DNA from: Schmidtea polychroa
Lineage: Eukaryota
Length of the DNA stretch: 64,000 nucleotides
Reading direction: 5' to 3'
Assembly: GCA_044892525.1 (NCBI GenBank)
Contig: CM097885.1
Location: 252,464,001 to 252,528,000 of the forward strand
Shown here piece by piece: positions 25,016 through 37,000 of the stretch. Within the stretch, counting starts at the first letter, position 1, and each line of letters opens with the position of its first letter. The notes below the pieces were generated by a model. The model searched no databases. It had not been told where the DNA came from and saw only the letters and a list, made by a program, of their open reading frames with translations. The translations under genes were made by a program, and so were the position numbers.

Positions 25016-28000
25016 CTAGCATAAAGATTGCACTAGTGAAAATGCTGAGGTTAGAAAATGTCATTTAACTGCCCAATGTCGACTTGTGAATTTGGACTCT
25101 TCATTCCATTTAATTATATCATGCACATTTTACCAATTAATTATTGTTATAAGAACTTTTTTTTCCAATTTCACCATTGAATTTATTTAAGAGAGCTTGA
25201 AGACTAAATCAGTAATATATTGACAAATTTTCGGCACTGGCTTTTTTTTCAAGTTCATGAGTATCAAAAGACATCGATATATTACTGATTTATTAATTAT
25301 TACTAAATACTTCAACCTATTTAAACATTTTATAACCATCAATAACATGATTTGTCTTTGATCTGTTTTCATTAGCAATTCCATTTACCGTCATATAGTT
25401 TTCGAATAAAAATAAATATTTTCTTTTTAAAACAAAACATTGATCATTTTTGATCATCAAAAGCTAAATGGCGATAGATAAAAGTTGATAATTGGTTCAT
25501 CCTGAACATCATGTCATTTTGCAACTATTAATAAACTTTAAACCGAATGTTTAACTCGAAGTCAAAACAGAAAATATTTTGGAAAATATTTGGTAAATTG
25601 CAATGTTTGTTTAAGCAAAAATTCTCTATAAGGTAAAACCGTTTCTCGTTTGATCAAATATATTCGGCCTAAAATGGTAATGAATGTTTTTATGAGTTTG
25701 TACATAAAATTCTGTCACTGAATATATTTTTCAGGCCCGTAACAAGGGTGGTGCAAGCGGTGCAGTCGCTCAGGGCGCACATCTGAAAGGGGCGCAAAAT
25801 TGGGATGTAAAATATTTTTAGTGTTACCAAAAAATATGAATAATTAAAAAAATTATCACATGTCATGCACGAAAAACGACTCTAGCTAGTCTATTTTATC
25901 TTTTACCATTACTGGTTGGACTTGTCCATTAGCGTGCATTAGGTGTGTATTTTGTAAAATCGCCACCATGACATTATTATGCAAAATAAATTCACAAAAT
26001 GAATTTCCATTAAATGCACTATTTTGAGTTTTACAATGTAATATGCCAAATTTGGGGGACCCGTCAAAAGAGCGCAGACAAAAGAGCACAAACTAAAGAT
26101 CGAAAAACAATATTTATTAAATAGGAACAAGAAAATTAACTCAGATCAGACGGTATCGTTTGATGTTAACTCTTTATTGTTTCATTAAAAACTAATTGTT
26201 CAGTTTCTTTAACTAAAAAACTGGTCTAATCAACTGAACGTTTGCGGGCTTCTTAACTATAATAGACTATCAACTGAAGTCCAATTATTCAAAACGCAAT
26301 CTAATAACACATACAAAGATTTTAAATGTTAGGCCTAAAGTGAGAATATAAAATGAAATGAAATGTAACAAAATGAAAGGAAGTTCAAACTAATAAAACG
26401 TTTCTTTATAGTTGCATTTATACTGCTAGGTTGTGGGCTATACCTCGTAGGTAGTCTTATGTCGGCGCTCTTTTGTCGGGGTGCCCAAATTTGGATATTG
26501 CAGCACATGTTGAAAAATCTTTGGACCCAATAGAGCGAACAACTTTTTTAGTTGGAGAACCAATTAAAATTCTGCCACAAGAAATTCTTGGAGAGCAACT
26601 AACGTCCATTTCATCCAAAAAAATATCTTTTCTTAGTTTAAAAAAAGTTATTCGTATTAAAGAACATAATTAATAGTTCTTTAATTTTTTTATCATTTTT
26701 TATTTATAATATAGTTTTTTAATCTTTCAGGCATGCCTGAAACAGATTTTCAGTTCCATGGACGAATACTTTTTTGTTAGAGATAATGGTGAAATTCATA
26801 ATAATGTATTGTAAGTATTGTAACTACTTACACGCAAATTATGTGTGGGATTTATTATTCGCCTGCTGTGCACGTCATACCTGCCTGAAGGGTTCATTTA
26901 AAATATTTTTAATTTATATTTGTTAATATATTTTTTTATATAATTCATATAATAATGTTAAGCTAACAGTTAATATATTAATAATAGATAATTATATTTA
27001 AATAATTATATTTAAATAATTATATTTAAATAATTACAATTACGTACCGAAACTTGTTTCATAGATCTTAAAATCAGGCATTCTATTCTTTCTCAAAGAA
27101 CTATAATTTGCAATGTGACCAATATTTGGTTTCCTATTCCATTGTGAACCCTTAATATAAAAATAATTTATTAAACATAATCTAATAATAATAATGATAT
27201 TAATTATTATATTGTGAGATAAAATTAATGAAAAATTACAATTCTATCGTGCATTCTCTGTCGAACTTTCTCATATCTACTTCCTGGAATCTTTTTCGTT
27301 TGACCTTCATATGCTTTGATCAGCCATGGATGATCAAGACATTCATAAACGGTCATTCGTTTTCTAGAAATAATTTGAAATATCATCAGGAAAGGAGGGA
27401 TATTAAGTTTACTGTGGCTGTCTTATCAATAATTTCCTGATAAAATCTTTAGCATCATCTGATACATTTTTGAAAATGTCATCATTGAAATCATAGGCAC
27501 ATTTTTTCACATTTTGAAGAGTTTCATAATCATCATCGCCGCCAAATGGTGATAGACCACTTAATCTGATAGGAAGATATCGAGAATGAAATGTGAAAAA
27601 GGCACATTGAATCTTACAGAACATATGACAATACACCAACTGCCCACATATCAGTATAGAATCCAACGGGTTCAATCTCAGCCACTTCAGGAGCAGCGAA
27701 TTCTGCTGTTGCAGTGGTCACTTTGACAGGTTCTTCGGGATTAAGTTTTGTAGACAAACCAAAATCTATGATTTTAATGCGATTGCTGTTACTGGTTTCA
27801 CACATGATATTTTCAGGCTGGAAGGACCATTGATGGTTGATTGATCATAAAATATTACAAATTCATAAAATTTACCTTCAAATCCAAATGAATGTATCCT
27901 TCATCGTGCATAAATTTCAAACCATCACATACTTGACGTATGTAATTTGCAGCTTCCGCTTCGTTCATATTATAGCCATCCTCGGTAATTCTGTCGAAAA

Positions 28001-31000
28001 GTTCCCCACCAGATAAGCTATAAATTAAATATTTTTAATTATAATACTTTTTATTATTGGGGAGAATTGTGTTATTTCCATAATAAATATTAGAAAACAA
28101 TAATATTTATAAAAAAAGACTTACAACTCCATGATTAGGCACATTTCATCTTTATCATCAAAGGCATCGTGGAGATTTAACAATTTTGGATGATGTAAAT
28201 GATTCAAGGTATCAATTTCATGTTTGACCACATTTTTGTCAACCTGATGAGGAGTATCAATAAATTTGGCAACGAAAATCTTTCCAGTCGCCAATTCCCG
28301 ACAGCGATATACTTGTCCAAAGGCTCCACTATTATAAACCCCAATAAATAATGAAGAATAATTATTACCATTAAATAATTGCAAAAAATGAAAAACTATG
28401 GATAAAATATGGAATGCGAACACAAGATTAATATACTTTTGCGGACCGCGGAAATTTTCATATACACGTTTTCAATATTTCAGTGAAAACCATTTACAAT
28501 AGATATATTTTACAAAGGAAATTCAAAAATATTTATTATTCATTATGTAACAAATACCAAACTCGCAATCCGTTATCTCATCCACGAAATCACCAAACTC
28601 GATCATATTCAATTAGTTCATTATGCCCAAATCAAGCCTTATAAACCATCCCAATTCACAATTCCAATCCCAGGCAACAACAACTTCTGGATGTGATAAA
28701 AGCCCATAGCCAGAAGAACTTTTCATTATAACTCGATTTTATATTAACCGATTTCCTTAAAATGGAGCGTACAGTACAGTCAAGCGCTATTGCCACATAC
28801 CGACTTTACAATGTTCAATTTTTTATAATATTCGACTTGACTATATCCGGAAAACACTGTAATGATATTTAAATAATACAATTATATATTACAAGATAAA
28901 TGCTTTTATATTCTATTGATATAAATTTCTTGTCGCTTATAATTCATTATGATTTCTATTTTAATCCTGATCTCGATTTGATGTAATGATGAACGGTCTG
29001 TGATTGAACCAAAAGCTATGGGAAGGCTTATTTTTTAGTGTCATTTGTAAAAATGCTCTTTTATTACCGCTCTTCAAGAACATTTCTATAGCAACGAACA
29101 TAAATAGCACCGACAGAACATTAGAGACGTAGAAAGGTTTGGCAATTCACGACACGAACTCTACATAATACGGTATGTAATAAATATAAAAAAAGCTGCA
29201 TTATCAACCATACAGAAATTCAGTTTTAACTTCAATCAGAAATCTTTTCAATTGTATAAATGTTGAATAATAGCACTAACCTTCCTAATTCTTCAAGAAT
29301 TTCATAGTGATCGTGTACACTTCCATTTTTGATTTCAACGGGCTGTGGTCTGTATTTGTTCCACAAATCGTGATCTGGAAATTGTAAATTTAAAATAATT
29401 CACTGTAAGTTATTTGCAATGATATTTATTTATGAATTTCTCGAATTGTATAAAATGCCAACATTTTACATGGTGCAAAAGCTTTCCAAAGATGGAAAAA
29501 CAATGCGACTAGTTTATGAGACAATTAAAGAAATTGGAAATGTTTATGATGAAGACAGATCAAGTAATACAGAAATTCGACAATATATTCATTTTTATAT
29601 ACTTTGCAGATCAAATGAGTAAGATTTACAATAAACTGTTCACTACAAAAAATGTTTACCATAAATCTCATATAATTATAATTAAGATACGAGTAGACAT
29701 CCTATGATACTGTGCTCTGAGAAAGACATTTCAATATTACAAAATTATATATCAAACGAAATACGTGTACTCCATACATTATTATTAACCCATTTTTGCC
29801 CGGATTTTTTTCTCTCAAAATTTATAATAATTTCGATAGATCATAATGTTATATGATGCATAAGATTTTATTTTTTATTTCTTTGCACCACGATCTCCAC
29901 GCTTGCTAGCTGTCGACTGTTGCAGTCTAAACTTTTATTGCGCCGAGAATAATGGAGTGGTGGGGGGAGGGGGCTAAAAGTACTAAATGTTCCAATATTG
30001 GAACACTGGGCAAAAATGGGTTAACCGCTATAATGATGCCACTATAATTGCTTCATAAAGTTAATTTCAATATCGTCTTTATAATGTTTATTATTTTTAT
30101 AGTTGACTTGTGGGGCATCTATTGGACTTGATTGTTAACGTAGTCCAGCAATATTTTACACGCAATCTAATGTATGTATCTAACGTAAAACTTATAGAAA
30201 AGTTCAGAAATGCATTTTTTATGTAAATTTCACTTTTTTGGTTTTTTCACTACGCATTCCCACCTGTTACTTTTTTGATAATTCCAACACTGAACCAGCC
30301 AGTGATTAAATGAAATTTGAATTATGTTCCATTGAATTGCCTAATGCGATTATGTAACTTGTTTCTTGTAAATTGTCATAAAATGGCAACTTCCTTTCGT
30401 CGCAATTGTCAGAATGAGAAAAACAACTTTGATTATGTAAATATAAATATGGTGAGTATACTGCATTAAAAGAACAATAACGCAATCAATGAACATTTTC
30501 AAAACCTAACTGCTTGTTTTGTTACAAAAATTGATGTGGCTACTTTGGCACCATCACCACTACAAAGACAAAAACCCTTTTGAAGATATATTCCCCAAAC
30601 TGAGTTCTGCGAAAATAATAGAGGGAGTTTCAATTAGACCACAATCGAGACAGCTGCTTCTCAATCAACACTTTGATAACATTCTGACAGCAGTTCAAAA
30701 AGGCATCCTGGCTGTCTTTTCGAATTATTTGCAATGGTTTTCTTGGGCTACATGATGCTACAGTTTTAATCTCTAATCAAGAATATGAAGAAGAACTATG
30801 AAAGACTAGTCTGTATTATGTCACCAAACTTCACTCTATGAATTCTCACCATAATTCTTTCCATAAGAACACATGTGATGTAGCTGGTGAGTATGGTGAA
30901 CGATTTCATCAAGAAATCAGTGAGATGGAAATTCGATGTAAAGGAAAGCTTTCATCTACATTAATTGCTGGACTTTAGTGCGTGATTCCAAGTTCTCTCA

Positions 31001-34000
31001 CAGAAGAACCAGTATGATGAAATATCTCTGGATTATATAGCCAAAATGATTTTATATACATTTATGATTTTCTTAATTTAACTTACTGTTAATATCACAT
31101 GTTATATAATATGTACATATATAGCTGTAAATATAACACATTTCATAATAAAGGAAAAGGGGTTTTAATTAAAATGTACACATTAAACGTTAAGACAAAT
31201 GTCAAAATCGAATTCGGCCCTCCAGTATTAAAAAAAGTACAAACAAAATTTCATTATATTTTATTGGAGTGTAATTATGCATTTCAAAAGGGTTAGATCA
31301 TGGCCATACGAGAAACCTAGTGTTTCAACCTATAAATAATATATCTTATAAAACACTTATAAAACACGGTACGCATTCTTCTGATTTTATTTTAGTTTGA
31401 ATTTCTGTTTAAGGTAGTTTCCATATAACGCGGTATGAATGATTTCATTAAGAAAGGACTGCTTTTATATCTTATTTCATGTACTAGATAAAATGTATTT
31501 TGGACAATGCTACTTTACAAATGGGAAGTATATTTTGTCCCTTATCCTTATCTAGGGTTGCCACATGTTGAGAGACTCAAAGTAGGACAAATATACAAAT
31601 TGTAGGACTGTCCTACCGAAAGTAGGACGTGTGGCAACTCTATCCTTATCCATATATTGTCAACCTGTGAAGCAATTGTCCAATACATTATTATATAATC
31701 AGTTATATACAGTTAAGATTATGGCAATATATGAGACATATAAAATATGACTAAATAGTTTAGCAGTGAAACATTATTAAAAAGTAAATTAATTAAAACT
31801 TACAGAATTTATCATAATTGTCAATATCAGGTCCGGAATAGTCACCACGGTTTCGAGACTGATCGAGATTGGATTTTTTCGGTTTAATCAACCCTTCACC
31901 TATTGTAATTGGCCCTATTTCATCACTCGGTTCACTGCGACCATGAAGATTTTCAGCAATTATTCTGAAATTGTAATCCTTTCCGTTGCGTAGGTTGTCC
32001 AATTGTACATTATTGAATCGTGAGGTAGCAACTCGAACCCAGTTGCCATCGGGAGTTTCTCGCTTTTCAATATGATATTCTGATATATAACCTTTCTTTC
32101 CGGAATCAGAAATTGGTGGAGTCCATGATAATATCACACCATTGTCAAGATGACTATCAACCCTTACACCCGTTGGTTTATTGGGGGCATCATTAACTTC
32201 AATTTCGAATTTTGCACTATCTGAACCAAGCTCATTTTCCAAAGTCAAATTATAAATTCCAGAATTAGATTTATTAGCATTCTCAATAGTTAATATGGCA
32301 TGTCTTTCTTTCAAATCAATAGTAACATTTCTACTAGGTTTCAACTCTTCTCCGTTAAGAGTCCAACGAGCCTTTGGTCTTGGGAATCCAACAAATGGAA
32401 TTTTGACTACAATATTATCACCTTTGTCCCAAGAAGTTGTTTCGTTGAATCGAGCTGGTAATTTTATGTGTGGCGAGCCTTAACAATAAATCTCATAAAT
32501 CCGAAACCTCTATTCAAAAGTTACTTTTTATGGCAAGGTCAGCTCTTGATAGTCGAGATCCTGATCGTGTAGATGCTTTAACGCTATATTCATCAGCATC
32601 TTCTCCAAAACAATCATGAATAGTTAAATAATATTTATTTCCTTCTTTCCCTATATCAATTCTTGGAGATTCCTGTAATTCTCGTACTCCTTTATACCAA
32701 GTGACATCTAATGGAGGTGTTCCGTCGATTTCAACTTCGAACTTGGCTGTCTTTCCTTCAATCACTGATACAGGCTTCAAACCTTGTAAGAATTCTGGTA
32801 GTGAACAAGCTGTAAAAAATATCTAGCTATTATCCCATTTAAATAAATATCTTGCATTCTAGGAGGATTAAATATTTATAAATTTAGATTACTGTTCATC
32901 TACAAAAATGTTATTTCATTTGTTTAAAGTGTTATTCTATTTGCTAAAATGTCATTATATCGCAATGCTATAATGTCAGTGAAAATGGAATCCCATATAT
33001 AACTGTAGCTTACTATTCATATTTGATCAAATGATAAGTGATTCTGGAGCAAAATAATCAGTTATTAGACATATGCATAAGCAGTGCTGTCAACGACATA
33101 TGTCGAGAAGATTCGAAATAGGAGATCTCAACATTGATACTAAAATGCCATTTTGGTATTCGATATAGGTGAAATATTTGCAGATATTTCAGTGAGATCT
33201 TGCATAACCCATCTGAACACTTATCTTTCACTGCTTGCTAAAGATTTATTTTACAGAACTGTTACAGGAGATAAAATATGTATCTACTAGTGGTAATTGG
33301 TGGTGAGGTTTGGATGAACTGTAAATATATAAAATAAAAATCCAGCCGATTTAAAATGAGTTAACGGATTTAATGAAATTATTAATTTCTCTACACCATT
33401 AAGAGGATATAATCCAGGAGTGTCAACCTGGCGGTATATAAATCGGCTCATTTTACTGTTGGTTTCATACTTTGAGACATCTTTAAAGGATAAAACTAGA
33501 AATTTTATTTTATTCCATGTACATATTGAAACATTTTAGAACATTTCCATGTTCAAAATATATCAAACATTTAACATTCAATTTCTATTATTTCCCATAT
33601 TTTTAAAATGATAACCTATTTGCAGAGTCTCCCCTAGTTTAGGTCAATGATGCGTAACCGTTACGATAAAGGGATTAAAATTGAATTTTTCTGTTCATTA
33701 ATCTCAAATGCAACTTTAAAATGATTAAAACAAAAAATAAACATTACAAAGATTTTTAATGCGAAATTTGTTATTTATTTTTAGATAATTCTTATATTTT
33801 ATATGTATAATTAGTGTTCTTTGCTGAGTCTTTTTCTTACCGCAGATGTTTCAGAATTCATTAATGAAAACAATTGTCCATATAAATATGCTGAATTTTG
33901 TTAAAAAAAGAAATTTTCTTTTAATCATTGTATAAAATGTGACTGGTAAATGTTAGCAGCCCCTTATTATTTACCTAATCAACATGTTTGGGTATTACTA

Positions 34001-37000
34001 AAAACTTCATTTTAGCTCGAATATACATAAAATTTAGTTATCCTTTATGACATGAATTTTTTATTCATTTTCTTTATTTTGAGAAATTATTTTTATTATA
34101 TAAATATTTATATTATTTTGTACAAAAGCCACGTGGGTAACGTAAAATAATCATGAGAGCCAGTCAGGTATGCACAATTCATAGATTCACCACTAATGTT
34201 CTAGATCAGTGATTCTCAGCCTTTTTTTTGTTGCGGCACGCTTTTAACGATTTCAAAATTTTGGGGTACACAAAGAAAAAGATAAGTTGAAAAAACCTAT
34301 ACACTGCGTAAAATAGTTTATGATAAAAATTTTGAATGTACGAAATAAAATAATATGTACTAAAAAAATAACAAAACGTTTATTAAGGATTAATTACAAG
34401 TTAATAATAAAAATACTTATAATGCGAAATTTGATAATTTTTTCTAAATATGAACTAATTGTATCAAAAATATGTTTGCCAGTTGTAAAATCGGGCAACT
34501 CCTCCCGACAACATAAAAATTGATTAATTATATCATTTTCGTGAATAAATTTAACGAATGCTATTACTTGAGCTTTTCCTGTAATGTCTGTTGTTTCGTC
34601 GATTTGTAGAGCAAAATTTGAATTTGCAAGAGTTTCGATATATTACATATCTAAAATTTCGCGGCACAGTGGTTGAGAATCACTGTTCTAGATAATGGTT
34701 TTGTTCAGTGGCGGAACTTCAAAATTTGGGCGCCCCGCGCAATGTAAAATATTTCCACTTAGATTTTTCGGTTAAAGTTTAATACATAGTTATTCACAAC
34801 AGTCGCTATTCAATGATAGTTTTATGTTTGTAGGCAAATATAACTGCGGGAAAAAAGTTTCAGAAAATTATTGTAAATATTTTTTTAGTAATAATTTTGG
34901 GCCCCCGCAATGCAGGGTCCTGCGTCCACTAGTTGCGCCACTGATTTTGTTGCTGTAATATAGTGACTATGTTATGGTTTTCTCTTTAAGAAAGAAGGAC
35001 TCAACGTGGAGGGGCAATCTACTATCAATATCAGTAAAATAATTTTTCCATTTCTTGTGATATTTTATTTATTTTCATATAACTAAATCAAAAATTAATT
35101 TTCCTACGTAACACAAATTTTCAAGTCTTATTAAAAGTAATGTCCAAAATTTCTGTTATATAGGTAAAATTTATTTTTCATCTATATTGAATGTAAATGG
35201 AATACTTTTATATTTTTGGTCGCCTTTTATCATTTTTTTTTGTTTAAATGATATTTTATTTATTTTCATTTTGACAAATAAATAAATCAAGTACTACGAA
35301 TATCCTAGAATTTGAATTGGATCTGATAAGATAATATAGCAATATAGACATATTATATTATAAAATTAGAATTTATGTTTATAATAAAGTTAGTTATTCC
35401 ATAATTCTTAATAAATACAATGAAAATGATTCTATTGAAACAATGCTAAATTACCTTTAGGATCTTTAACTTTAACAGTTCTAGATGCAACAGATGGCGC
35501 ACTCAATCCAGCATCGTTTTCAGCAAACACTCGAAACTCATAACTTTTATCCTCTATCAAATTTGGAATGTTGAATGTGGTTGGAAGGCATGGTTGAAAG
35601 TTAACTTTTGTCCAATTAGGATTTCCAGCTTCTCTTTTTTCAATATAATAACCTCTAACTTTCCCTCCACCGTCAGAAGATGGTTTGGTCCATGATAAAC
35701 TTACAAAATCACCACCAACCTCAGTTACTGTTGGTTCACCGGGAGCTCCAGGTTTATCTGAATGCAATCAAAATTAACTTACTGCTATTATGACTTTAAA
35801 TTTTCTACCGAACGGTAACTTGGCAACAATGTCATTTTCTAATTCTAAATATTCTCCTGGACCATGCTGATTAACAGCTGCTACACGGAATTTATAGAGC
35901 TGATTTTCTTGGAGACCTTGTACTACAAATCGAGGCTCTTTGCACATTGAAGAAATTGTTGTCCATTGATCTTTTCCGGGTTCTTTTTTCTCAACAATGT
36001 AATGAAGAACTTTGCTTCCGCCATCATTTTGTGGAGGTTTCCATGCTAAATTGCAAGTGTTCTTCGTAATATCTGAAACCGATAATGGTCCGAGACATTT
36101 TCCAGGGGAATCTTGAAAAATCCATATAATAAAGATAATTTTTCACGGGGAAATATGTTACCAATGACTTTAGTTTTAAACGGAATGGAAGTAGCACCAC
36201 TTTCATTTGAAATTTCCAATTTATAATTGCCAGCCTCTTCGGGACTAACATCTACACAAACCGATAATATTCACAACATTAATATTTCACTAATAGAAAC
36301 CTTTCAATTGCACTGTGACAAAACCATCGAATTCAGTGATTTTAATTTTATCTGATTCTGGAAGATCTTTGTTGTCCTTTTTTAATTTTAACTTAATATT
36401 TCCTTTTCCACTAAACGGGATTTTGAATTTTATTGTTTCTCCAGCTTCAGCGACTTGATCTGGAACATCGGATATTGCTTTTGGTACAGCTGAATATTGT
36501 TATGCAATCATTAATAACAATTGGCTAAAATTCCCAGTTACTTACAAAGTACTTCTAGTGGTGCACTGCAACTATCTTTACCAGCTTTATTTTTTATTTC
36601 ACAAGTGATATTTCCACCATCTTTGTCATCGACATCGGAAATCTCAAGAGTTAAAAGTCCATCATCGTCTCTCATTTTCACTTTGCCAGATGGTCTTAAT
36701 TCGATTCCGTTCTTCAACCACTTGACTTCTGGAGTAGGTTTACCGTCAACTCTACATTGGAAGGTTGCTGTGCCACCAATCGGAGAAGTTAACGGGGTGA
36801 TTTTGCTCAAAAACTCGGGAGTTGTTCCGGCTGTTAAAATGAATGCCAACTTAACTAGTTAGAGTAACGGCCATAAAAGAAACCTGTTTTATCAAATATC
36901 TTTGTAGGCAATGTTGAATCACTGGGTTCACTGGGTCCTGCTGCATTGACTGCACGTACTCTGAATTCATATTCTTCATTTTCTTCTAGATTTGGGATAG

